Source: a candidate division WOR-3 bacterium (GTDB lineage Bacteria > Hydrothermota > UBA3072 > B12-G15). From it: a DNA stretch of 22,104 nt. Positions 1-8,933 of this stretch are shown here, piece after piece. The number at the start of each line of letters is the position of its first letter. The stretch's first letter is position 1. Location of the stretch: positions 1 to 22,104 of the forward strand of contig CBFGJG010000008.1 of the NCBI GenBank assembly GCA_965649055.1. The letters are read 5' to 3'. Both the position numbers and the translations under genes were made by a program. Below the pieces are notes generated by a model. The model was not told the DNA's origin and did no database searches. It saw only the letters and a program-made list of their open reading frames with translations.

Positions 1-1511
1 ACCCTGATCGATGGGTCACCAAGCAAAACCATTGAAGCACGAAAGAATAATGGACCTGTAATTATTTTTTTCCAAGCCTCACCTAATGTCTTAACAGAAT
101 CTGTAAATATTGCTTTGAAGAAATCATTTATCTGATACCATTGATATGTCCATCCTGTCCTCACATTACCAATGAATCCAACACCATTGAATTTTAGATA
201 TCCTTTCCCAAAAGACTCAAAGTCCAGAGCATTTGGAGAACATCCAATAGTTATAAAAAAACCATTTCTTTTCACAATATTTTTCATATCTGTATTATAT
301 AATTTTTTATTACCAAAAAGAATTCCGGTTCCTATATAATTAATATCAGAATGGTCTATATGACCGATAATATTATAACCATTATTCATCTCTGCTTTTG
401 CATTTTCCCTATCTAATTCAATATCCCCTGACCATAAATTATTTATGGTATCAACTACAGGATAATATAATTCCTTTACCAACAATCCATTTACAATACT
501 GGATATACCTTCAAAAACAATTGGACCAAACCCTTCATTTTGTGAAGTTACGGAAGAACCTAAGAATAATACATCTCCATTAAATACCCATTTTGTTTCA
601 TAATCTAAAACCCTATTTAGATAATTACAAATATCTTCAGGATTCGAAAATGGAATTCTACCAACCATAACGTCGGGAAACCCGTCCACACTATCCGCAT
701 CTTCCCCATATATTCCATTTCTGTTAAAATCATAACTACCATCTATATCTGCATAATAAAGGTCTGTTGGAATAAAACCACAATAATAACATGTAGAATA
801 AAGCATTCTTATTGGAACGATATCAATTCCACCACCAATAAGAACATACTTTGTGCCAAGATTTAAGTATGCATCAATAATAAAATTCCTTATTTTTTCA
901 CAATCATCAACACCATCGTATCTCTTATAGATCCAGCTCGTAGTAAAAACCTCTGTTCTTATACCTGATAATGTCCTCCTTTCCTTAAATTCTTTGAATA
1001 AATCACAGAATTCTTCATTTGTTATAACAACCAAATCTACATTTATGCCTTTTGGAATTTCAGTTTTCTTCAAAAATATATTTCTCTCACTTCTTATGCA
1101 ATTCATTCCTATATCTATCTTTTTTAATTTTATCATTATCTTATCTCTTGGAATATACTGAAATGGAAATATATGTAGCTCAATAACATAAGAACTTCCA
1201 GAGTATCCCTTGCTCACAATCTTTCCAATATCACCCGGGAAAGGCTCTCCAAGGTTAAATATTGAATCATTTTTTTCAACATTAAAATCTTTACCAAGTT
1301 CAATCTTTCCATAAGATATCCCAATATCATAATTATAAATTGTTTCAGACTCAATAACATTAAAATTAATACCCTTTACATCAACACCATTTTTATATTC
1401 TTCAAAAATCCTAATATAAGGCAGTGAAGGATATCCCGAATCCCAATAAAACCTTCCATCAAAAAGCTCCATCTTCTCAACATCAACCAGAAACCCAATC
1501 AACCACAACAC
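1..1511 (-). CDS. C25-family (gingipain-like) cysteine peptidase with N-terminal propeptide; 3' end runs off the window
   Basis: Translated by hand: open frame of about 503 codons from GTG at 1511, preceded by SD AAGGAGGTGA, to the window edge. Motifs: GYPSLP and IFPFQY (propeptide-like), KIRNFI..AY...GTKYVLIGG, PTDLYYADIDG, PDVMVGRIP, putative catalytic His in IIGHIDHS (351-353), Cys in FITIGCSP (240-242), GFIGNVRTGW and the closing LLGDP. Confidence 0.88.
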   Translation of the reverse strand, partial: MLWLIGFLVDVEKMELFDGRFYWDSGYPSLPYIRIFEEYKNGVDVKGINFNVIESETIYNYDIGISYGKIELGKDFNVEKNDSIFNLGEPFPGDIGKIVSKGYSGSSYVIELHIFPFQYIPRDKIMIKLKKIDIGMNCIRSERNIFLKKTEIPKGINVDLVVITNEEFCDLFKEFKERRTLSGIRTEVFTTSWIYKRYDGVDDCEKIRNFIIDAYLNLGTKYVLIGGGIDIVPIRMLYSTCYYCGFIPTDLYYADIDGSYDFNRNGIYGEDADSVDGFPDVMVGRIPFSNPEDICNYLNRVLDYETKWVFNGDVLFLGSSVTSQNEGFGPIVFEGISSIVNGLLVKELYYPVVDTINNLWSGDIELDRENAKAEMNNGYNIIGHIDHSDINYIGTGILFGNKKLYNTDMKNIVKRNGFFITIGCSPNALDFESFGKGYLKFNGVGFIGNVRTGWTYQWYQINDFFKAIFTDSVKTLGEAWKKIITGPLFFRASMVLLGDPSIR

Positions 1512-1601
1512 ACTCACCTCCTTTTAAAATATTTAATAAAATTTTCATTCCCATTTTTAATTTATTGATATTCAAAATACTAAAAATTTGATGCCTGAAA
1601 T

Positions 1602-1623
1602 TATGTAAATTTCTTTTTACATA
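1602..1623. promoter_or_regulatory. Palindromic candidate operator TATGTAAA-N6-TTTACATA in the divergent promoter region
   Basis: Perfect 8-bp inverted repeat (1602-1609 / 1616-1623) between the divergent C25 peptidase and GlmU-like genes. Confidence 0.4.
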
Positions 1624-1653
1624 TTTGTAATAAAAATTTGACAATAATAATCC

Positions 1654-1681
1654 TTGACAATTCTTTTTATTTTATAAAAAT
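1654..1681 (+). promoter_or_regulatory. Sigma70-like promoter for the GlmU-like/asd/HemN-like operon (probably leaderless)
   Basis: TTGACA 1654-1659, 16 bp spacer, weak -10 AAAAAT 1676-1681, ATG at 1688 with no SD. A second TTGACA lies at 1638-1643. Confidence 0.55.
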
Positions 1682-1687
1682 ATCGTT

Positions 1688-2815
1688 ATGGAAATCTATC
1701 TATTTGAAGGTGATAACTGGAAAAACTACATTCCTATATCGTACACAAAGGGAATATGGGATATCAGGGTTGGTCTTTTCACGCAGAAAGAGAGGTTTGA
1801 AAGATTCTTTAACAAAAAAGTAAAGGTTTATTCCTACCGCGAATATATAAAGTCAGACGAGATACCAAAGCCAGGGGATTTAAACATAAATCCCATGATA
1901 AAAGACCCCTCTTTATTGCCTGAGATAAGGGAAGGGGAAATAATAATTTCATATGGTGAAAAGATCGCATTCAGGACAACTAACGAGAACAAAGATTACA
2001 GGGTTATTGAACTTGATATACCGTTTTACAGATACCTTTATGAAATCATAGATGAATTCCCTGATATCTTAAGAGATGATATAATTAACAACTATAAATT
2101 CAATAATAAAAAATTAACTAATATAATCGGTGATAATATCTACATTGATGAAGATGTTAAAATAATTGAACCTGTGTTTATTGATACAAAGAATGGCCCT
2201 GTTGTTATAAGAAAAGGGACATTAATTGAACCTTTTTCATACATAGAAGGTCCAGCATATTTTGGTGAAAATTGTCTTATAAAATCAGGGACAAGGATAA
2301 CAGGTGGAAATTATTTTGGGACATACTCAAAGGTTTCGGGTGAAATAGAACATACAATCTTTTCAGGATATTCGAACAAACAACATTTTGGTTTTCTTGG
2401 TCATTCTTATATAGGTGAGTGGGTTAATCTTGGAGCAGGGACAACTAATTCTGACTTAAAAAACAATTATTCAGAAATAAAGATAAATATTGAAGATAAA
2501 GAAATCAATACTAATCTTAGATTTTTGGGTCTAATGATTGGTGAACATTCAAAATCCGCTATAAATACCTCATTCAATACAGGAACGATTGTATCACCGT
2601 TTGCGAATATTTTTACAAGGAATTTCCCACCAAAATACATACCACCTTTTTCTTGGGTTGGTGAAAAGATAGAAAGATACGAGATTGAAAAAGCTATAAA
2701 AACAGCTGAAATAGTGATGGGAAGAAGAGGGGTTACAATGAGTGAAGAGTATAGAAAGATGATTTATAAACTATTTGAAGAATCTGAGTCTATATGGCAA
2801 AGATTTCAATCGTAG
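1688..2815 (+). CDS. GlmU-related sugar nucleotidyltransferase/acetyltransferase family protein (left-handed beta-helix)
   Basis: Hexapeptide repeats (GPVVIRKGTLIEPFSYIEGPAYFGENCLIKSG) and the C-terminal motif KQHFGFLGHSYIGEWVNLGAGTTNSDLKN. The N-terminal domain is divergent and lacks LAAGxGTRM. Confidence 0.8.
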   Translation: MEIYLFEGDNWKNYIPISYTKGIWDIRVGLFTQKERFERFFNKKVKVYSYREYIKSDEIPKPGDLNINPMIKDPSLLPEIREGEIIISYGEKIAFRTTNENKDYRVIELDIPFYRYLYEIIDEFPDILRDDIINNYKFNNKKLTNIIGDNIYIDEDVKIIEPVFIDTKNGPVVIRKGTLIEPFSYIEGPAYFGENCLIKSGTRITGGNYFGTYSKVSGEIEHTIFSGYSNKQHFGFLGHSYIGEWVNLGAGTTNSDLKNNYSEIKINIEDKEINTNLRFLGLMIGEHSKSAINTSFNTGTIVSPFANIFTRNFPPKYIPPFSWVGEKIERYEIEKAIKTAEIVMGRRGVTMSEEYRKMIYKLFEESESIWQRFQS

Positions 2816-3738
2816 GTGCAACAGGTCTTGTCGGGAAAAAAGTTTTGAAGGTTCTAAATGAAAGGAATCTTAAGTTTGATGAATATTTTCTTTTTTCTTC
2901 AGGGAAGACCAACGAAACTATAACAATTGATGGTGAAAAAATAAAGGTTCACGAGTTAAAAAAAAACAATATCCCGAATTCTGATTTTGCTATATTTTCT
3001 GCTGGTGACGAAATTTCCCTTGAATATGCTCCGCTTTTTAGAGATAAAGGTAGTGTTGTTATTGATAACTCAAATGCATTCAGAATGAATAAAGATGTCC
3101 CACTTGTGATTCCTGAAATTAATCCTGAAGAGATAAAAAAACATAAAGGTATCATAGCGAACCCAAATTGCTCAACCATTATAATGCTTCTTCCCCTCTA
3201 CCCAATTCACCTTGAATTTAGGATAAAAAAGATAATTGTTTCAACATACCAATCTGTCTCAGGTGCCGGGAAAGAAGGTCTCGATGATATTCAAAAAGAA
3301 GTTCCAGGTTATTTCCCCAAAAAGATAAGATTCAACCTAATCCCGCAAATTGGAGAATTGAATAAAGAAGGGTTCTCAAAAGAAGAAACCAAAATGATAA
3401 ATGAAACAAGGAAGATATTGGACGATAAAAATATAGAAATCTTTCCAACTTGCGTAAGGGTTTCAGTATACTTCTGTCATTCGGAATCTATAACGATTGA
3501 GACTGAAAAAGACATTAAAATAGAAAAGGTGAAAGATTTATTAAAAAATGCCGAGAATGTAATCTATACAGATGATATTCTTACTCCGAACGATGTTGAA
3601 GATAAAGATGAAGTTTTTGTATCAAGATTAAGACTGAATAACAGAAATCATCTTTCTTTATGGTGTGTTGGAGATAATCTGAGGAAAGGTGCTGCAACAA
3701 ATGCGGTTCAGATATTACAGAAAATAATTGATGATTGA
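2794..3738 (+). CDS. asd: Aspartate-semialdehyde dehydrogenase
   Basis: GATGLVG nucleotide-binding loop, VIDNSNAFRM, catalytic NPNCST, STYQSVSGAG, CVRV, DNLRKGAATNAVQI. Confidence 0.96.
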   Translation: MAKISIVGATGLVGKKVLKVLNERNLKFDEYFLFSSGKTNETITIDGEKIKVHELKKNNIPNSDFAIFSAGDEISLEYAPLFRDKGSVVIDNSNAFRMNKDVPLVIPEINPEEIKKHKGIIANPNCSTIIMLLPLYPIHLEFRIKKIIVSTYQSVSGAGKEGLDDIQKEVPGYFPKKIRFNLIPQIGELNKEGFSKEETKMINETRKILDDKNIEIFPTCVRVSVYFCHSESITIETEKDIKIEKVKDLLKNAENVIYTDDILTPNDVEDKDEVFVSRLRLNNRNHLSLWCVGDNLRKGAATNAVQILQKIIDD

Positions 3739-5005
3739 AATATTTACAAAGGAATTGAGAAATTACCTTTTACCCCATAGTGATTTTACTTTAAGAAAAA
3801 ACCATGAGATTGACCTTAAAGATGCAGAATGCATAAATAATCTTGGATTATATATCCATATACCTTTCTGTAAGAACTCCTGTCCTTACTGTCCTTACAA
3901 TAAGATTTTATATGAGGAAAAGCTCGTCGAACCTTTCAAGAATGCAATTTTAAAGGAGATTCAAATTTACGGAAGGAGACTGACAGGGAAGGAGATAACA
4001 TCAATCTATATAGGTGGTGGAACCCCAACGAATATTATAGATGAACTTGGAACAATTCTGAATGAAATCAGAAAATTTTTCAATATAAAAGGAAGTATCT
4101 GCATTGAAACAAATCCCAATGATATTAATATTGTTAACTTAAAAAAACTTAATGATTATGGGATTGAGATTATAAGCTGTGGTGTTCAAAGTTTCCAGGA
4201 TAAATTTTTAAGATACATTGGAAGGAATTATGACTCATCAATATTACCTGAAAAACTTATATTGCTTAAGAATTCAAATTTCAAATCAGTGAATATTGAC
4301 CTTATGTTTGCATTACCAAATCAGAATGTAGAAGACATCATTTACGACCTTGAGAAAATTATCGAGTTTGGAATTAACCAGGTTACCGCATATCCCCTTT
4401 TCACTTTTCCATATTCAAGCGTTGGTAGATTTCTCAAATTAAGAAAGGTTAGAATGCCAAATATATTTAAGAGAAGAATAATGTATCATACTATACATTC
4501 ATATCTTACTTCTAAAGGTTTTAGAAGGGTTTCAGTCTGGGGCTTTATAAAGCATAATGAACCAAGGTATTCATCAGTTACAAGGGACTTTTATATAGGT
4601 TTTGGTCCTGGATCAGGAACTTCACTTAAAAATGGATACTATCTCAATACATTCTCATTTAATCATTATATAAAAATCTTAAGAGAAAAAAAACTACCAA
4701 TAGCATTAAAAATGGATTTCAACGACGAAATGTTAAGATATTACTGGTTTTACTGGCGTCTATATGATACTACAATTAAAGAAGAAGAACTTGAAGAATA
4801 TTTTAAAAATGATAGAAGACTAAAAAAGATAATAAAAGTTTCTGATATTTTAAATTTTTATGATAAAAAAGATGGATACATAATACTGAATGAAAGAGGC
4901 TCTTTTTATCTACACCTTTTACAGAATTATTTTCTACTTAATTATATAAATAAAGTCTGGAGCAAGGCAATGGAAGAGCCTTTCCCTGAGATAATTAAAC
5001 TTTAA
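3731..5005 (+). CDS. HemN/coproporphyrinogen III oxidase-like radical SAM protein
   Basis: LYIHIPFCKNSCPYC (CxxxCxxC), SIYIGGGTPT, ETNP, GVQSF, NIDLMFALP, YIGFGPGS. ATG at 3731 overlaps the asd 3' end and is preferred over TTG 3728. Confidence 0.85.
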   Translation: MIEIFTKELRNYLLPHSDFTLRKNHEIDLKDAECINNLGLYIHIPFCKNSCPYCPYNKILYEEKLVEPFKNAILKEIQIYGRRLTGKEITSIYIGGGTPTNIIDELGTILNEIRKFFNIKGSICIETNPNDINIVNLKKLNDYGIEIISCGVQSFQDKFLRYIGRNYDSSILPEKLILLKNSNFKSVNIDLMFALPNQNVEDIIYDLEKIIEFGINQVTAYPLFTFPYSSVGRFLKLRKVRMPNIFKRRIMYHTIHSYLTSKGFRRVSVWGFIKHNEPRYSSVTRDFYIGFGPGSGTSLKNGYYLNTFSFNHYIKILREKKLPIALKMDFNDEMLRYYWFYWRLYDTTIKEEELEEYFKNDRRLKKIIKVSDILNFYDKKDGYIILNERGSFYLHLLQNYFLLNYINKVWSKAMEEPFPEIIKL

Positions 5006-5013
5006 ATTTTATC

Positions 5014-5041
5014 TTGAAATTTTTTTCTCGTATGATATTAT
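5014..5041 (+). promoter_or_regulatory. Sigma70-like promoter with extended -10 for the YbaK-family gene and hypF
   Basis: TTGAAA 5014-5019, 16 bp spacer, TG at 5033-5034, TATTAT 5036-5041. SD AGGAGG 5049-5054. Confidence 0.65.
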
Positions 5042-5059
5042 TTAAAAAAGGAGGAAAAT

Positions 5060-5533
5060 ATGTCGATAAGTAAAAAAGTAAAGGAATTTCTTGATGAAAA
5101 AAGAATACCTTACTCTGTAATGTTCCACAAAGAAGCCTTTACAGCACAGGAAGTTGCAGCTACCGAACATATTTCAGGTTATAAATTTGCAAAGGTGGTG
5201 ATCCTGAAAAGCGGCAAAAAATTCTTTATGGCAGTGCTACCTGCCCCATATCATGTTGACCTTAAAAAATTCCAAAAAAAACTGGGACTTAAAGAATTAT
5301 CTCTTGCTTCTGAATCTGAACTTGACAAACTCTTCCCTGACTGCGATACAGGCGCTGAACCACCTTTTGGTAATCTTTACAATATACCTGTGTACATTGA
5401 TCCTTCATTAACAAAGAATGATGAGATTGTCTTCAATGCAGGATTCCACAATGAAACTATAACGATAAAAATGTCTGATTACATGAAACACGTTAAACCT
5501 GAAAAATTCTCATTTAAAAAGAAGGTAGATTAA
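5060..5533 (+). CDS. YbaK/EbsC/ProX-family aminoacyl-tRNA deacylase-like protein
   Basis: H..AFTAQEVA, FAKVVIL (conserved Lys), LASESEL..LFPDC..GAEPPFG, VFNAGFH. Strong SD. Confidence 0.88.
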   Translation: MSISKKVKEFLDEKRIPYSVMFHKEAFTAQEVAATEHISGYKFAKVVILKSGKKFFMAVLPAPYHVDLKKFQKKLGLKELSLASESELDKLFPDCDTGAEPPFGNLYNIPVYIDPSLTKNDEIVFNAGFHNETITIKMSDYMKHVKPEKFSFKKKVD

Positions 5534-5543
5534 ATATTAATTA

Positions 5544-7772
5544 ATGCAGACTTATCAAATAATCGTTAAAGGTATTGTTCAGGGTGTAGGTTTCAGGCCT
5601 TTTGTTTATAAATTGGCAAAAAAATACAGATTAAAAGGATTCGTTAAAAATGACACGAAAGGTGTTTATATAATTTTACAGGGAGACGAACAAAATATAT
5701 TTAAATTTTTGACTGATATAAAAGAAAAACACCCGCCAAGGGCTAAAATTATTTCTATAGAAAAAAACATTATTGATTATGATACCCTTTATGATTTCAG
5801 GATTGTCGAGAGCGAAAAAAACGAAAAGATATCAACATTTATTTCCCCTGACATTGCAACGTGTGAAGAATGTTTGAAAGAGATGTTTGATGAAAAAGAC
5901 AGAAGATACCTTTATCCATTTATCAATTGCACAAATTGTGGTCCAAGATTCACAATAACAAATGCAATTCCTTACGATAGAATTAATACTACAATGTCTG
6001 AATTCAAGATGTGCAAGGAATGTGAAACCGAATACAATGATCCAGAATCAAGAAGATTCCATGCACAGCCAAATGCCTGTTACAAATGTGGTCCAGAAAT
6101 AAAATTACTTGATAAGGATTTGAACAATATAGAAGGTGATTGGCTTTTGAATACAATTAACCTCTTAAAAGATGGGAAAATCATTATGATAAAAGGTATT
6201 GGTGGATACCATTTTGCCTGCAATGCCTACATTGATGAGTCTGTAAAAGAGATAAGGAAAAGAAAAAAACGCGGTAATAAACCTTTTGCATTAATGGGAA
6301 GTCTGGAAATTATCAAAGAAAATTGTTTACTTGATGAAATTGAAGAAAGATATTTAAGATCACCTTCAGCACCTATTGTCTTGTTGAAAAAAAGAAAAGA
6401 TTCGAAAATCCCTTATTCAGTTGCCCCAGGAACGGATGAATTAGGCTTTATGCTCCCTTATACACCTTTACATCATCTTATTATTAAAAATATTGAATTT
6501 CCAATAGTTCTAACCTCTGCAAATATTTCTGATGAAACTATACTTTATGAAGATGAAAATATATATAGATTGAAAGAAATTTATGATTATGTTTTGACAC
6601 ACAACAGAAAAATATATATTTTTAACGAAGATTCCGTTATACGTGTATTTAACAATCAGATTTATCCTATCAGGATATCAAGAGGATATGTCCCTGAACC
6701 ATTTAAAATACCTGTATCATCGAAAAAAACTATCCTTGGAGTAGGAAGTGATTTAAAGAATACTTTTTGTATCTTGAAGGATAATCTTGTATTCACAAGC
6801 CAGTTTATTGGTGATATGGGTAATATAGAGACTGAAAATGCATTTTTTAAATCTTTAGAACACTATAAGAAAATTTACAATCTTAATATTGAGAATGCTG
6901 TTTGTGATCTTCATCCTGAGTATATAACTACTTCAATAACACAAAAAATGGGAATTCCATATATAAAAGTCCAGCACCACAAAGCACATTTTGTTTCTTG
7001 CCTTCTGGAAAATGATATAGTTGAGAACTCCATAGGTTTTATCTTTGACGGAACTGGTTATGGTGAAGATAACAACATATGGGGTGGAGAAGTATTCTAT
7101 GGTAACATTTACGCACAGGAAAGAATATATCATTTAAGATACACCCCTCTTCCTGGAGGAGAAGAGGCAATCGTGAATAACTGGAGATACGGTGTTTCTC
7201 TTCTTTTTGATGCCGGTCTTGAAGATGCAATTGAATATTTATATAAAGATTTCAACTACGATATAATTATAAATATGATAAAAAGAGGAATTAATTCACC
7301 ACTTACATCAAGTATGGGAAGATTGTTCGATGGTGTATCATCCATATTGAATATTTGTCAAAAAAATACATATGAAGGTGAAGCTGCTGTAATGCTTGAA
7401 AAAATTGCGAAAAAAGACGATGTGTTCTATGAATTTTATATTAAAGAAAATACAATATTTTTTGACGATGTTATTAGATGTTTATATAACGATTTAAAAA
7501 AAGGTTTAGATAAAGGTTTAATATCATTCAGATTCCATAAAGGGATTGCAAACCTTATAAAAAAAATAATAGAGAAAGAAATTAAAAGAAGGGAATTCAA
7601 AAATGTAGTTTTAAGTGGTGGGGTATTCCAGAATTCCCTTCTCCTTAAGCTTTCCTTTGAAACTATTAAGGATATGGGATTTTCCCCGGTTATCCATAAA
7701 AGATTACCGACAAATGACCAGTGTATAGGGCTTGGACAGGTAGGTTTAGGTGCAGTTCATTTTAACTTGTAA
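5544..7772 (+). CDS. hypF: [NiFe]-hydrogenase maturation carbamoyltransferase HypF
   Basis: Acylphosphatase domain GIVQGVGFRPFV, two zinc fingers (CEEC...CTNC; CKEC...CYKC), KGIGGYHFAC, TSAN, CDLHPEY, QHHKAH, DGTGYG, SSMGRLFD, LSGGVFQN. Confidence 0.97.
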   Translation: MQTYQIIVKGIVQGVGFRPFVYKLAKKYRLKGFVKNDTKGVYIILQGDEQNIFKFLTDIKEKHPPRAKIISIEKNIIDYDTLYDFRIVESEKNEKISTFISPDIATCEECLKEMFDEKDRRYLYPFINCTNCGPRFTITNAIPYDRINTTMSEFKMCKECETEYNDPESRRFHAQPNACYKCGPEIKLLDKDLNNIEGDWLLNTINLLKDGKIIMIKGIGGYHFACNAYIDESVKEIRKRKKRGNKPFALMGSLEIIKENCLLDEIEERYLRSPSAPIVLLKKRKDSKIPYSVAPGTDELGFMLPYTPLHHLIIKNIEFPIVLTSANISDETILYEDENIYRLKEIYDYVLTHNRKIYIFNEDSVIRVFNNQIYPIRISRGYVPEPFKIPVSSKKTILGVGSDLKNTFCILKDNLVFTSQFIGDMGNIETENAFFKSLEHYKKIYNLNIENAVCDLHPEYITTSITQKMGIPYIKVQHHKAHFVSCLLENDIVENSIGFIFDGTGYGEDNNIWGGEVFYGNIYAQERIYHLRYTPLPGGEEAIVNNWRYGVSLLFDAGLEDAIEYLYKDFNYDIIINMIKRGINSPLTSSMGRLFDGVSSILNICQKNTYEGEAAVMLEKIAKKDDVFYEFYIKENTIFFDDVIRCLYNDLKKGLDKGLISFRFHKGIANLIKKIIEKEIKRREFKNVVLSGGVFQNSLLLKLSFETIKDMGFSPVIHKRLPTNDQCIGLGQVGLGAVHFNL

Positions 7773-7783
7773 TTTTTTTTACA
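7768..7783. promoter_or_regulatory. Candidate operator TGTAA-N6-TTACA just upstream of the tusA promoter
   Basis: Inverted repeat 7768-7772 / 7779-7783 with CRP/FNR/Rex-like spacing, 8 bp upstream of the -35. Confidence 0.3.
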
Positions 7784-7791
7784 TAATAATA

Positions 7792-7819
7792 TTGACAAGA
7801 TTAAATTTTTTATTAAATT
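7792..7819 (+). promoter_or_regulatory. Sigma70-like promoter of the sulfur-relay operon
   Basis: TTGACA 7792-7797, 16 bp spacer, TAAATT 7814-7819. SD AAGGAGGT precedes ATG 7839. Confidence 0.7.
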
Positions 7820-7838
7820 AAATAAAAAGGAGGTATCG

Positions 7839-8069
7839 ATGGATGTTAAAAAAACAATTGATGCGAGTGGTTTAAGTTGTCCAATGCCTATAGTGAAACT
7901 GTCGCAGGGAATAAAGGAAATAAATGTTGGAGAAATTATAGAGATTATTGCAACAGACCAATCTTTTATTCCTGATGTTGAAGCATGGTGTAGGAAGACG
8001 GAGAATACGTTAGTTGAAATAAAAAATGATGGTGAAACCATAAGAGCTTACATAAAAAAGGAGAAATAA
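7839..8069 (+). CDS. tusA: Sulfurtransferase TusA/SirA family protein
   Basis: 76 aa with DASGLSCPMP (CPxP motif), IATD....DVEAWC. Confidence 0.93.
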   Translation: MDVKKTIDASGLSCPMPIVKLSQGIKEINVGEIIEIIATDQSFIPDVEAWCRKTENTLVEIKNDGETIRAYIKKEK

Positions 8070-8070
8070 G

Positions 8071-8556
8071 ATGGAAAAAAATAATGAAAGTGTTTCAATT
8101 GTTGTTTTTAGTGGTGACCTTGACAAAGTTATGGCTGCATTTATCATTGCAAATGGTGCCGCTGCATCAGGTATGGAAGTGAATATGTTTTTTACATTCT
8201 GGGGATTGAGTGCCTTGAGAAAATGCAATGTAAAAGTAAAAGGGAAAAATATTATTGAAAAAATGTTTGGTATGATGTTACCTAAAGGAGCTGAGAAACT
8301 TGCTTTATCAAAAATGAATATGGCCGGTATGGGAACAATAATGTTAAAAAATGTAATGAAAAAGAAGAAAATACCCTCATTAACTGAGCTTATCGAGATA
8401 TCTAAACAGCTTGGTGTTAATATGTATCTATGCGAGATGTCTATGAATGTTATGGGTCTTAAAAGGGAAGAATTTATTGATGGTATAAAAGATATAGTAG
8501 GAGTTGCATCTTACATTGAACATGCCTCAAAAGCTAATATAACATTATTCATTTAG
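8071..8556 (+). CDS. DsrE2-type (DsrE/DsrF/DsrH-like) sulfur-carrier protein
   Basis: SIVVFSGDLDK..AAFIIANGAAA, MFFTFWGL..LRK, LSKMNMAGMG, conserved Cys in LCEMSMNVMG, C-terminal TLFI. Confidence 0.88.
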   Translation: MEKNNESVSIVVFSGDLDKVMAAFIIANGAAASGMEVNMFFTFWGLSALRKCNVKVKGKNIIEKMFGMMLPKGAEKLALSKMNMAGMGTIMLKNVMKKKKIPSLTELIEISKQLGVNMYLCEMSMNVMGLKREEFIDGIKDIVGVASYIEHASKANITLFI

Positions 8557-8564
8557 GAGAAAAC

Positions 8565-8933
8565 ATGGAAGAAAAAAAGAAAAAACTGGGAATCCTTGTA
8601 ACTGCTGGACCTTACACATTCCAGCATTTGGATACTGCCTACTTTATTGCGAAAAATGCAATAGAGAAAAATATAGATGTTAATATATTTCTTTTTATAG
8701 ATGGTGTAATCTCTCTTTCAAGCAGGATTAAATCACCTGGAGAAAGGCATATCCCGACTATGCTCAAAGAACTGGCAGAAAAAGGGGTAAAGATAGTAGG
8801 ATGTGGTGATTGTGCACAATTCAGAAGTGTTCTGAGGGAAAATCTATATCCTGAGATAAAACTTGCTGGTATTGCAACACTTGCAGAAATGGTTGAAAAT
8901 TGTGACAGATTTATAACATTGAGGTTACCATGA
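8565..8933 (+). CDS. dsrE: DsrE/TusD-family sulfurtransferase subunit
   Basis: ILVTAGPY, IFLFIDGV, active-site region GCGDCAQFR, C-terminal LAEMVENCDRFI. Confidence 0.82.
   Translation: MEEKKKKLGILVTAGPYTFQHLDTAYFIAKNAIEKNIDVNIFLFIDGVISLSSRIKSPGERHIPTMLKELAEKGVKIVGCGDCAQFRSVLRENLYPEIKLAGIATLAEMVENCDRFITLRLP

Noticed and set aside
398..583. 61-aa plus-strand ORF
   Set aside because: Antisense to the C25 peptidase frame; no motif or SD.
1638..1823. 61-aa ORF starting at TTG 1638
   Set aside because: The TTG is part of a TTGACA promoter element, and the ORF overlaps the GlmU-like gene out of frame.
8931..8933. Selenocysteine read-through of the dsrE TGA
   Set aside because: The TGA is at the natural end of the domain and forms an ATGA overlap with dsrF. 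The active-site positions are ordinary Cys codons.
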